From the NCBI GenBank assembly GCA_964016885.1, contig OZ024743.1:84382001-84446000 (forward strand): a DNA stretch of 64,000 nucleotides, given 5' to 3'. Within the stretch, counting starts at the first letter, position 1, and each line of letters begins with the position of its first letter. Under the pieces are notes generated by a model. It was given only the letters and a program-made list of their open reading frames with translations. It was not told the DNA's origin and made no database searches. The translations under genes were made by a program, and so were the position numbers. Below are positions 1-22,335 of the stretch, in pieces. Source of the stretch: Eledone cirrhosa (Eukaryota).

Positions 1-539
1 GTGAGTGTAAGAAAGAGAGTATGTGAATGAGAGAGTGAGTGAGTGTAAGAAAGAGAGTATGTGAATGAGAAAGTGAGAATATGTGCATGAGAAAGTGTAA
101 GAGCGAGAGAGTGTGTGTTTGTGTGTGTGTACGAGAAAGCGTATGTGTGAGAGAGAGAATGTGCATATGAGAGAGAGAAACAGTGTGTGTGTGTCTGTGT
201 GTAAATGTAACTAGTGTGTATGCCTTAGTGTTAGTGTACGTATGAGTATGTGTAGATACCTTAATGTTATTGTGTATATGTATTAATATATGTGTATTTG
301 TTGGTAGTAATTGAGAGGAAAGTAAATATATATCCGAATGTGGTGGTGGTGGTGAGAGATTCGGTGATACATTTTTGGGAGGATTTAAAGTATTGTTCTC
401 ACTATATACACACACACATACACACATACATTTCTAGAGCCCAGAGACTTACAGCAAGTCATCCTGTCCAGGTATCAAACCCAAACATTGACATTGAAAC
501 CATGAGTTCAACGACCTAACAACTAGCTTGCATTCCTCC

Positions 540-579
<40 letters not shown>

Positions 580-582
580 CTG

Positions 583-639
<57 letters not shown>

Positions 640-1491
640 GAGCGGAGCAAGCAATTATCAAACAATCATTTTTATAGTTCTGGTATCTCAAATTAGTACC
701 ATCGAACCACAACTATTATAAACACCATGCATATTTCTGTAGGTACCTAGTGCCTGTTGGAATATTCATACCCTTATATATATATATATAAAAAAACATA
801 TGAGCAAGATGAGGTCTCTCCAACCCATATCAGTAAAGAATGCAGATGTAAAACGATGATGGTGATGAAGATAAATCATCATCATCATAATAATAATATA
901 TATGGTACAAAAACTGTGGTTCAGATATGAATATATCATATGGAAATGTGGTTTAGATATAAGTATGCTATGTAAAGATGTAGTTTGAACATAAAAGGAT
1001 GATAATAATGATTGTATAAAGATAGATATATATATTCATTTATTGATGTTTGAAGTTTGATCAGGGACCAGAAGTAAATTCTATATCACCATGTACAAGG
1101 GTCTTCTATATCACAATAGATATATTAAAATAACTTTATTAATATTTAAAAACGGAAAAGGAATGGAAAGGCAAGGGTGGATTCCACTATAATGTATGTA
1201 CACTCACACACACACATTTGGATTTGGAAAGGTGGTGGAGGGATGGGGCTCAGTAGCAAAATAAACTATACTGTATATTTTTACATTATATATTTCAAGA
1301 AATAATGTGTGTGTATGTGTGAGGGTGTTTTCTAAGTGAAAATATGACAGTAACTGCGAAGTCACTGCCACTTTTCTACTTAGAATATAGATTTCTACAC
1401 TCTACTTGTCAGTATTGAGTGGTCATTCAGTTAATATTTGAATGTTTTAAATGCGACCGTATTTTAAACACACATTCTAATACACATGCAC

Positions 1492-1547
<56 letters not shown>

Positions 1548-1989
1548 CATACATACATACATACATCTACACACAACTATACGCACACACACACATATAT
1601 ATCAATGCTCTACGGATGTAATGTCGAACATCGATACCATCATCCTACTACATTCACTAGTTATCTGTAGTATATAGAAAATGTTTGCTAAGAACGTAAT
1701 GACTTCCACCGCCACCATCGATGACAAATGTCAACTACCAAAATACATGAGAGAATATAATGATTGACTTGAATGAAATACATGAATGAAGTAATTATTA
1801 CATAAAATTTTATAAACGTAAAGACCCAAGGGGAAATAACTGTGAGCTGTAACTCTTAGTTATGTCCCTTGGTAATTGTCGTAATCGGGCGACGATGATT
1901 AATTATTGTACTATAAATTTTTGCGTAAATATTCCCCTCTCCCATCAATCTCTCTCTTTTTCTCTCTCGCTCTCTGTTTCCACTCTCAC

Positions 1990-2400
1990 ACACACAGCGA
2001 CACTTTCCAGCGACAACCTGGTGGAATTCGGCGACAGATGCAGGTTTCGTTTCCTGACAAGCTAAAAATCGCAAGTATCGGCTGCTCCCAGATAAGGTTT
2101 GTCGTTGAACCTCTTATATTGGAGATTAGTGGTGTCCAAGGTACCTGAACCTAAATATTTGGTGTTCTGCGTCCCCAAACCTAAAGCGGTGGCGACGGCT
2201 GGCGTTCTTGGTCCTCGAGCCGCTCCTCTACTCGCTGTTATGGCGGAGTTAGCCACCCATAGGAATGAGATCCGTGAGTTGGAATGGTTATTTCAACGTG
2301 TTTCTCCTCGCTATAATTTGGTGTAATACTTTTCCTCTAATGTTCGCGGGGACCATGAGGTAACAAAGGCTTGGAGTTCTGCATGTCGGAGAAAGTACTC
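1990..2400. promoter_or_regulatory. CpG-enriched unique segment, candidate host promoter/5' region
   Basis: GC and CpG content visibly higher than the flanks, non-repetitive, surrounds a candidate ATG and splice donor. Confidence 0.3.
2240..2273 (+). CDS. candidate first coding exon of an unidentified host gene (MAELATHRNEI...)
   Basis: GTT-ATGGCGG start context at 2240, followed 34 nt later by a consensus donor C|GTGAGT at 2274; no downstream exon identified. Confidence 0.3.
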
Positions 2401-2690
2401 CACACCACCCAGGGATAACGTACCACACACATATACCAGTAATTAGCAGGTTACTTGCTGTTTGACTGAAAGGGCTGGGTATAGTTTTGAAGGACGAGTT
2501 TGAATAATTTAGTTTATGGCTGATGCAGTACGTTTGGTTTTGTCGGGTTGAATGTAGGATTTGGTTTGCGTTGATTTAGTTCGTAGCAGGCATGAGGTTA
2601 GGTTAGACTATTTTACGTCTTATTTGAGGCATGTACGATATATATTTTATTTAACGCTGTACGGAAATCATTCCGTCAATACGCTAACCT

Positions 2691-2777
2691 ATGCCTGATG
2701 AGCTTCTGATTCCAGAGTTGGGCCCGATCGATCGAGATCGAACCTTGAGCTGATCAATCGCGAAACGCACGTCACAT
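2691..2777 (+). ncRNA. type I hammerhead ribozyme motif with long stem II
   Basis: CTGATGA at 2695; G...C-closed insert; GAAA-CGCACG-TC (short stem III, GUC site); weak stem I ATG/CAT; AATAAA at 2779. Confidence 0.5.
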
Positions 2778-3077
2778 GAATAAACCTAGTGAAAATTTGA
2801 CACCTCGTCCATGCTTATTATCATTATTATATATTTTATTGTTCCCATCCCATAATAAAACAATGGAAAACAGATGTTATATATATATATATATAGATAT
2901 ATAGATATATCTATATATATATACATTAGATCTGTTTATATATAGCTGGGAAAGCGGACGTTAAAACGACACGATGATATATATATATATATACGTTATT
3001 CCGGGTTGAATCGGAGGTAACCACAGTAAGTAAGGTACTCAATACATTGCAGAGTATAAAAGTTCTAATATAGATAA

Positions 3078-3126
3078 GATTCTACAGGACTAGAACTGTT
3101 TCATTCTTTAGAAATCATCAGGAATC
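3078..3126 (-). ncRNA. type I hammerhead ribozyme (family A)
   Basis: GATTC-CTGATGA-tTTCTaaAGAAt-GAAA-CAG..CTG-TA-GAATC; stems I, II and III all pair; GUA site. Confidence 0.75.
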
Positions 3127-3127
3127 A

Positions 3128-3176
3128 GATTCCTGATGATTTCTAAAGAATGAAACAGTTCTAGTCCTGTTGAATC
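3128..3176 (+). ncRNA. type I hammerhead ribozyme (family A, mirror copy)
   Basis: same motif with a GUU site. Confidence 0.7.
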
Positions 3177-3194
3177 TCATCTATATTAGAACTT

Positions 3195-3942
3195 ATATAT
3201 ATATATATATATATACATATATATACATATATATATACATATACATATATATACATATATATATACATATATATACATATATATATACATATATATATAT
3301 ACATATACATATACATATATATACATATATATATACATATATATATATACATATACATATATATACATATATATATACATATATATATACATATATATAC
3401 ATATATATACATATATATATACATATATATATACATATACATATATATACATATATATATATACATATATATACATATACATATAGATATATATACATAT
3501 ATATACATATATATATATACATATACATATATATATATACATATACATATATATACATATATATATACATATATATACATATATATATATACATATATAT
3601 CTATATATATATACATATATATATACATATATATATATACATATATATCTATATATATATACATATATATATATACATATATATATATACATATATATCT
3701 ATATATATATACATATATATATATATCTATATATATATACATATATATATATACATATATATATATACATATATATCTCTATATATATACATATATATAT
3801 ATACATATATATCTATATATATATACATATATATATATACATATATATCTATATATATATACATATATATATATACATATATATATATACATATATATCT
3901 ATATATATATACATATATATATATACATATATATCTATCTAT
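3195..3942. repeat. (TA)n/(TATACA)n microsatellite
   Basis: direct reading. Confidence 0.98.
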
Positions 3943-4339
3943 CTAAGGCGGGTAAAATTCCTGAGATCCATGGACGAGTTCTCTCCAGCGGTCTCTGTCC
4001 CTCATTATCACTGCCATATCCTTCATCTCCAACAGACCAGTGTCTGTCCTTAGGGCATCAACATATGTTAACCTTGGTCTTCCTCTTCTAGTGTGTCCAT
4101 GTAGGGGCTCCCAAAGGAGCACTGAGTGCAATGTCAACTCTGGATGTCGGTGAGCATGTCCAGCCAACCTCAGTCTCCTCTGTGTCACTTTTGAGCTGAC
4201 TTTTGGGATGCTCCCATACAGCTCTGAGTTTTTCATCCTCAGTGTATACTGATTAATGTTCAGAGCCATCCTCAGCATTCTCGTGTAGCACCCATCCACC
4301 ATCTGAGTGAGTCTCTTGGTCAGTGTCCAAGTCTCAGAC
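3943..4339 (-). pseudogene. RTE ORF C-terminus
   Basis: SETWTL...YTRMLR...RRLRLAGH...RRGRPRLTY...DRDRWR. Confidence 0.9.
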
Positions 4340-5035
4340 TTGGTTTTCATTGACTTTAGGAAGGCCTTTGATTCTGTGGACCGTTACTGACTGATGAAGA
4401 TCTTACAGGCTTATGGAATCCCCAAGAGGATGGTGGACCTGATATCACTGCTCTACACCAACACCAAAGCCCAAGTCATTACACCTGATGGGATGACAGA
4501 ATTCTTTGAGATACTGGCTGGAGTGCTCCAGGGAGATACATTGGCTCCCTACCTTTTTATCATCGTAGTGGACTATTGTATGCGCCTTGCACTGGAGAAA
4601 CACCAGGACACTGGCTTTACTGTAGCACCGGCTCAGAGCAGGAGAGTTGGGGCGAAAAAGGTATCGGATGCTGAATTTGCCGACGACATAGTTTTGGTGA
4701 CAAATACAGTGAAGGAGGAAGAAGATTTGATGCGGGAGGTTGAGACTGTGTCGATGAGTGTGGGGCTGAGAATGAATGAGACTAAAACAAAATATCTGGT
4801 AGAGAATGTTGAGAAGCCAGAGGGGATCACTAATGTAGGCGGGAAGCCGCTGGAATTGGTTGAGGACTTCCTGTATTTGGGAGCAAAGATTGGGAATACG
4901 GAAGATGATGTGGTTGAGAGGAAGAGCAAGGCCTGGGCGGCGTGTCACAGCTTGAGATCGGTGTGGAAGTCGGACCTTCGTAGAGACCTGAAAATCCACC
5001 TTTTCATTGCTGTAGTGGAGTCTGTGCTGCTGTAT
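4340..5035 (+). pseudogene. RTE reverse transcriptase core (inverted piece)
   Basis: [33 protein letters not shown] motifs; premature TGA at 4388. Confidence 0.92.
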
Positions 5036-8713
<3,678 letters not shown>

Positions 8714-8745
8714 AGATCAAAAGATGGTTAAAGGAGTTCCATATA

Positions 8746-8812
8746 TTTTATTATGCGCATTTCAAAAACAAACATCATCAAACAATAATATTTGTGTTTT
8801 CATCAGATAAAA
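8746..8812 (-). ncRNA. type I hammerhead ribozyme with palindromic stem III
   Basis: mirror of 8924-8990. Confidence 0.75.
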
Positions 8813-8923
8813 CAGGAGAACATGATATGAAGGCTAAAAATAGTGCAGTTTTAAATCAACATATGTTGATTTAAAACTGCACTATCAACAAGTATTTTTT
8901 AGCCTTCATATCATGTTCTCCTG

Positions 8924-8990
8924 TTTTATCTGATGAAAACACAAATATTATTGTTTGATGATGTTTGTTTTTGAAATGCGCATAATAAAA
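8924..8990 (+). ncRNA. type I hammerhead ribozyme with palindromic stem III
   Basis: TTTTAT-CTGATGA-(extended stem II)-GAAA-TGCGCA-TA-ATAAAA; AUA site. Confidence 0.75.
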
Positions 8991-9116
8991 TATATGGAAC
9001 TCCTTTAACCATCTTTTGATCTTATATTATGCATACTCCAGTCCCACAAACTGTAGAGTGCTTCTTATCCGATATCTGCATTGCTTTATTGTACTACGAT
9101 AAAACTCACCTCCTAC

Positions 9117-9845
<729 letters not shown>

Positions 9846-9927
9846 CAATATATATATATATATACATACATATATATATATACATATATATATATATACA
9901 AAAATATATATATACATATATATATAC

Positions 9928-9978
<51 letters not shown>

Positions 9979-9995
9979 CATATATATATACAAAA

Positions 9996-10040
<45 letters not shown>

Positions 10041-10093
10041 TATACATATATATATATATATACATATATATATACAAATATATATATACAAAA

Positions 10094-10152
<59 letters not shown>

Positions 10153-10185
10153 CAAATATATATATACAAATATATATATACAAAA

Positions 10186-10234
<49 letters not shown>

Positions 10235-10329
10235 TATACATATATATATATACAAAAATATATATATACATATATATATACATATATATATACATATATA
10301 TATATACATATATATATATATACATATAA

Positions 10330-10360
<31 letters not shown>

Positions 10361-10495
10361 CATATACACATATATATATATATACATATATACATATATA
10401 TATACACATATATATATATACATATATATACATATACATATATATATATATACATATATATATATACATATATATACATATATATATATATACAC

Positions 10496-10534
<39 letters not shown>

Positions 10535-10545
10535 CATATATACAC

Positions 10546-10590
<45 letters not shown>

Positions 10591-10613
10591 TATACATATA
10601 TATATATATATAC

Positions 10614-10662
<49 letters not shown>

Positions 10663-10795
10663 TATATACATATATATATATATATACATATATATATACA
10701 TATATATATATATATACATATATATATACATGTATATATATACATATATATATACATGTATATATATACATATATATATATACATATATATATAT

Positions 10796-13110
10796 CATCA
10801 TCATCATCATCATCATCACCGTTTTACGTCCGTTCTTCCACGCTAGCATGGGTTAGACGGGTTGTCCTGTTGTGGGCAGTGTCTGGTCGGCTGACCATGC
10901 CTTGCTCATACAGGAACTGATCTGGCTTGATTTCTACAGCTGGATGCCCTTCCTAACACCAACCTCATTTACAGTGAGTGCTGGGTGCTTTTTCGTGGCG
11001 CCTACACGTCCACTTTACAGTGTGGGCTGGGTGCTTTTTTGCCGTGGCACCTCCACGACCACCTTGCGGTGGGGGGGGGGGGGGGGGCATATTGTTTATA
11101 TGCTTCAGCATGTACCCATGGGAGGTCGGGTACCCTGTATTACTGCGTGACGCCAGAAGTCACGGTCGTGTGTCATTGACTTTGAGAGGTGTAGTTGGGT
11201 AAGGTCGGCTTTTATCACCTCATCCCAAGTCATCTTGGGTCTCCCCACTCCGCGGTTTCCATCAACTTCTAGTGCTCTGCACCTTTTTATGCAGCTGTCA
11301 TCCTTCATACGCATCACATGTCCATACCAGCGTAACCGCCTCTCCTGCACGCAGCATTTGATTCCTCTTATGCTCAGTCTCTCTCTCAATTCATTTATGC
11401 TTTGTCGTTCACGTATATTACTGTTACACATCCATCGGAGCATGCAGGCTTCGTTTCTCTCTAATCTACGTAAGTCTTCCACCTTCAGCGCCCAGGTCTC
11501 ACTACCATGCAACATCGCTGTTCGGATACACGCATCATACAGTCTTCCTTTCATTCTGAGGGAGAAGCCTTTTGCAGCTAGCAGTGGTAGTAGTTCCCTA
11601 AACTTCTTCCATCCCGTTCTTACCCTAGTTATTGTACTTTCTGAGCACCCACCTCCGTTGCTAATTCGGTCACCTAGGTAGCAGAAGCTGTCTACTGTTT
11701 CTACAGGGCCCTCCCAGAGATTGGTGGTACTTGTTTCCTGTGGCTGTTTGCTTGCTGTTTCAGCACAGCTGCTGCATGTGAATCCTACATTCTTAATTAA
11801 GCTTCCTGAGATCCCGCTACATCTCTTGTGTACCCATTGTTTGCATTTGGGGCAAAGAATGGAGTTCCTACCTACACCTTTCCTACATACTGAGCAAGGC
11901 CATTTCCCTGAGGGGATCTGGGTTCTGTTTTCTCGTCTACTTATAAGGACCTTAGTCTTTGTCATGTTGACTTTGAGGCCCTTTCTCTCTAGTCCCTGCT
12001 TCCAGGTTTGGAATTTATTCTCTAGTTCTACCATAGATTCAGCTATGAGTGCGAGGTCATCAGCATACAGGAGTTCCCATGGGCATCCGGTCTTAAACTC
12101 CTCCGTTATTGCCTGCAGGACTATGATGAACAGGAGAGGGCTAAGAACAGAGCCCTGGTGGACCCCAACCTGTACGCTAAATTCCTCGCTATACTCATTG
12201 CCAATCCTAACTTTGCTGACTGCTCCCCTATACATGGCTTGTACCGCTTTCACAAGCCATTCATCTACTCCTAGTTTTCTAAGAGCCCACCAGATTACTG
12301 CACGTGGAACTCTGTCAAAGGCTTTCTCAAGGTCGACAAATGCCAAGTAGAGTGGCTTACTTTTAGCTAGGTACTTTTCCTGTAATTGCCTCACAAGGAA
12401 GAGCGCATCAGTGGTGCCTTTCCCTGGAACAAACCCAAATTGCATCTCGTCTATATTCACCCGGTCCCTAATCAGCTGTGCTATAACTCTTTCTGTTACT
12501 TTCATGACCTGGTCCATCAACTTTATACCTCTATAGTTTCCTCTATCTAGTGCATCGCCTTTACCTTTGTAGCAGTTGACAATGATGCTACTGCACCAAT
12601 CTTTTGGTATGGCCCCCTCTAGTATTACCTGGTTAACGATACGTGTGGTTATAGTGTGACCTACAGACCCAGATGCCTTCAGCATCTCGGCAGCTATACC
12701 CGATGGACCGGTTGCCTTCCCTATCTTCATATCTCTGATTGCCTTACTTACTACGCTGCCGCTGACTTGTACTGCTGGTCCCTCTATAGGGTCTACGTGG
12801 GTAGGGTCTCTTCTTCCCATGCATTCTCCTCATTTAGTAATCTATCATAATGACTCTTCCATGCATCTTTCTTCTCAGCACTTGTGAGGGCAAGCTCACC
12901 TTTATCATTCCGGATACACTTCTCTCCAATGACATCACAACTATCTCTGACACACTGCCTCGCAATCTTGAATACCTCCTGTTTCTGGTCCTCACGTTGT
13001 AAAACATGCTTGAATTTTCTATCCTCTGCTTCCCTCCTAGCTAAGTATACTTGTCGCCTAGCTTCCCTCTTGGTCTCTATGTAATGTACCCTGCTCCCCC
13101 CGTTCTTCCA
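10796..13110 (-). mobile_element. 5'-truncated RTE LINE with (ATG)n tail
   Basis: RT ORF plus 3' UTR ending GGACGTAAAAC-(GAT)n; 5' end abuts a TA array. Confidence 0.95.
11105..13110 (-). pseudogene. RTE reverse transcriptase with PHD-like finger; one frameshift near 12797
   Basis: QFGF, FVDLEKAFDRV, GVHQGSVLSPLLF, LYADD; ORFs 12793-13335 and 11105-12820 join by a 1-nt shift. Confidence 0.93.
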
Positions 13111-13167
13111 TACATATATATATATACATATACATATATATATATACATATATATATATACATATAC

Positions 13168-13322
<155 letters not shown>

Positions 13323-13391
13323 CATATATATACATTTATATATATATACATATACATATATATATATATATATACATTTATATATATATAC

Positions 13392-13430
<39 letters not shown>

Positions 13431-13496
13431 TATACATTTATATATATATATATATACATATATATACATTTATATATATATACATATATATACATT

Positions 13497-13560
<64 letters not shown>

Positions 13561-13644
13561 TATATACATATATATATATATATAAAATATATATATACAT
13601 ATATATACATTTATATAAATATACATATATATATATATATATAT

Positions 13645-13929
13645 ATAAAATATTAAACAAATAATGAATAAACAATTCCTTATATTAAACAAAAAAGTTC
13701 ATTATTTAACGATCGTTTCTAGGATATATATGTGTTAGAATTGGTATGCATATTCAACAGATCTATTTAATCTTGATAATTTGTATAATTTTGTATAATT
13801 TTGGACATAGATCTGTTGAATATGCATACCAATTCTAACACATATATATCCTAGAAACGATCGTTAAATAATGAACTTTTTTTGTTTAATATAAGGAATT
13901 GTTTATTCATTATTTGTTTAATATTTTAT
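13645..13929. repeat. fold-back cassette, ~122-bp arms, degenerate HHR-like core
   Basis: arms 13645-13766 / 13807-13929; CTGTTGA...GAAACGATCGTT. Confidence 0.9.
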
Positions 13930-14436
13930 CTTGACTCTGTATACCGTTTATCTTTCACCGAAAGTGATTTTTCATTACATCTCTTCTTTCCATGATATCC
14001 GGAATACATTGAGTTCTTCATACGGATTGGACACTACCGTAAACTCTTGGTAGATTTATCTACATATATATATATATATATATATACATAAATATATATA
14101 CATATATATATATATATACATATATATACATACATATATATATATATATACATACATATATATATATACATATGTATATATATGTATATACATATGTATA
14201 TATATATATATGTATATACATATATGTATATACATATGTATATACATATATGTATATACATATGTATATATATATATGTATATACATATATGTATATACA
14301 TATGTATATATATATATATGTATATACATATATGTATATACATATGTATATATATATATATATGTATATACATATGTATATATATATATATACATACGTA
14401 TATATATATATACATACATATATATATATACATACA

Positions 14437-14470
<34 letters not shown>

Positions 14471-14503
14471 CATATATATATATACATATATATATATACA
14501 TAT

Positions 14504-14790
14504 CGGCAGGTTGCTAAATCCCATACATAATAGAGTATGTAACCTATGCCTTGCCGAATCCCACTCTATTTTATTATCTTATTTTTATTTTTATTCTTAT
14601 CTTTATCTTTACTTTTACTTCCTTAATATCCTTTATCGTCTATTATTATTTTTCATTCTTCAATGTCTTGGATTTGTTATTGCTTGTATGGTATGTAATT
14701 AACCTTTATGCTCTGATGAGTCCCACTTATAGTGCGGATGAAACAATGTTAGCAGGTAAAGATATGCATATGCTATAGGCGTTCTTTGTT
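14504..14790 (+). mobile_element. PLE 3' remnant (endonuclease C-terminus and 3' UTR with HHR)
   Basis: [15 protein letters not shown] resembles PCDLCAAEALEIL of the 36123 element; HHR downstream. Confidence 0.6.
14709..14754 (+). ncRNA. minimal type I hammerhead ribozyme
   Basis: TGCT-CTGATGA-GTCCCACT tat AGTG c GGAT-GAAA-CAATG-TT-AGCA. Confidence 0.8.
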
Positions 14791-14865
14791 ATTTATTATA
14801 TACATATATATACATATATATACATATATATATTTACATATATATATATACATATATATATTTAC

Positions 14866-14940
<75 letters not shown>

Positions 14941-15038
14941 CATATATATACATATATATATATACATATATATACATATATATATATACATATATATATA
15001 TACATATATATATATACATATATATACATATACATATA

Positions 15039-15250
<212 letters not shown>

Positions 15251-15261
15251 CATATATATAC

Positions 15262-15294
<33 letters not shown>

Positions 15295-15335
15295 CATATA
15301 TATATACATATACATATATATATATATATATATAC

Positions 15336-15392
<57 letters not shown>

Positions 15393-15477
15393 CATATATA
15401 TATAAATATATATATATATACATATATAAATATATATATATATACATATATATATATACATATATATACATATATAC

Positions 15478-15574
<97 letters not shown>

Positions 15575-15660
15575 CATATATATACATATATATATATACA
15601 TATATATACATATATATATGTATATATATATACATATATATATATATACATATATATATA

Positions 15661-15990
15661 TTAGTTTAGCAAGGTTTTTTATATGAAATCGTGTGTCGAA
15701 ACAGATACATAGGTGAGACAGCTCGTAGCATAGGTGAAAGGATAGACCAACACTGGGGGGAACTAAAAGGACGAAAAAACGGGTCAGTACTATACGAACA
15801 TGCTAGACAACAACATGACGGTAACATAGACAACATAGAAATTAGAATATCTAAACATAGGAATGACCCAGCAGATAGGCAAATCAGAGAGGCCAGTGAA
15901 ATAGAAATTAGAAGACCAAAGCTAAACAGAAAGAATGAGCGGAACAACAACAACACCCAAACAAACAACACTGACCGAAGAGAAGTATAA
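15661..15990 (+). pseudogene. GIY-YIG endonuclease fragment of a Penelope-like element
   Basis: [41 protein letters not shown]. Confidence 0.85.
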
Positions 15991-16270
15991 ATAAGTAAAT
16001 AAAATAAAATAAAATAAAATAAAATAAAATAAGATAAATAAATACATACACAAACACAATAACAACAAGCACATAAACACACACTAGTCACCCAGCAGAC
16101 ACAACACTATACACACTAGTCACACAGCACACATAACACTATACACACACGCAAACGCAAAGAAGACAAAATAAAATAAGATAAACAAACAATCAAATAA
16201 ATATATAGACAGACTGAATAAAAAAAATGGCGTAGACATACAACACAACAGGAGGAACAAAGAATATAAC

Positions 16271-16302
16271 ACCACTGACGATGTTGCAGATGTGCAACGA
16301 AA
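16271..16302 (+). ncRNA. partial hammerhead core in PLE 3' UTR
   Basis: CTGACGA-t-GTTGCA gatg TGCAAC-GAAA; stems I and III not clearly resolved. Confidence 0.4.
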
Positions 16303-16521
16303 GATTTATTTAAATTATGTAAACTATATATATGTGTTTGTGTCTATATTGTATCTGTATTATTTTTGACCGTCGGTCAGTCAATGGCAACATTGAGGAC
16401 TGAGTAAGTTAGATCGCAGATATAAAAGACAGCGAGAAGCGAAAACCAACCAAACAGTGAGTGTGTTCTGTTATTAATTCTGGCAATATTACACAAATAT
16501 GACCCTCCCCAGGTATAACAA

Positions 16522-21468
<4,947 letters not shown>

Positions 21469-22071
21469 GGTGGCTGCCAACTCGTTTTCGAGTACGGCCA
21501 CTACTTTATATCCATGTAGGAGAACCCCTACTGATGCGCTGAACGAGTGACTTTTTAGTCCAGCCAGCGACTTGAAAACTCTGGTACAAAGACTACACTT
21601 GTGACAATTATTGACACATAGTGTTGGGCCCATCGTACCATGTGACGACAAGTGCAGAGAGATCTCCAGATATAAAGCAATGCCTGTGCCGTGAAGCTTT
21701 TATAGTGAGCAAAGGCAATGCACAAAGCCAGTCCCACTCTCTTAACCAAGATGATATTTACCAAAAAGAAGAACAAGTCAACATCATTGGATACCATCAG
21801 GGTTGCAGGTGTTATATCAGAGTTTTCCTTCTCCTAGAATTCTGCCTTGACAAAGGCTAAGGGGTCATCTCTCCCGGTGATTTTGGATGGCCATTGACTC
21901 TTAAGAGCTCCTTTGCCCTTTGACAGGTTTTGTTTTTAGTCCTGCAGGATGTCCAAAGTCACCCTCCTCACCAAGAAACCTTGGTGGGGTTGCCAGTTTA
22001 GTCGCCAACGACCCGACCATGAGACAGGTTGTACTGGGATACATGTTACCAGTAGCACCAACTGGTGACCT

Positions 22072-22073
<2 letters not shown>
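21469..22073 (-). mobile_element. short internally deleted RTE-like element
   Basis: RTE-like 5' UTR motif CTAGGAGAAGGAAAACTCTG joined to a C-terminal zinc-finger remnant [17 protein letters not shown]; TA arrays on both sides. Confidence 0.55.
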
Positions 22074-22149
<76 letters not shown>

Positions 22150-22250
22150 TATATACATACATATATATATACATACATATATATATACATACATATATAT
22201 ATATATATATATACATACATATATATATACATACATATATACATACATAT

Positions 22251-22335
<85 letters not shown>

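Larger units (their letters stand above)
3060..3194. repeat. near-perfect palindrome, 67-bp arms, 1-nt centre at 3127
   Basis: arms are reverse complements with 2 mismatches. Confidence 0.95.
3943..5035 (-). mobile_element. 5'-truncated RTE-clade LINE with inverted 5' segment
   Basis: 3' part on the minus strand (3943-4339) and upstream RT part on the plus strand (4340-5035); the two protein pieces are contiguous (VESVLLY / SETWTL). Confidence 0.9.

Noticed and set aside
4391-4400. CTGATGA here and at ~52366
   Set aside because: Incidental, inside RT coding sequence
11235-12350. Plus-strand ORFs (and minus-strand ORFs at 48221-49162)
   Set aside because: Antisense shadows of the RT ORFs
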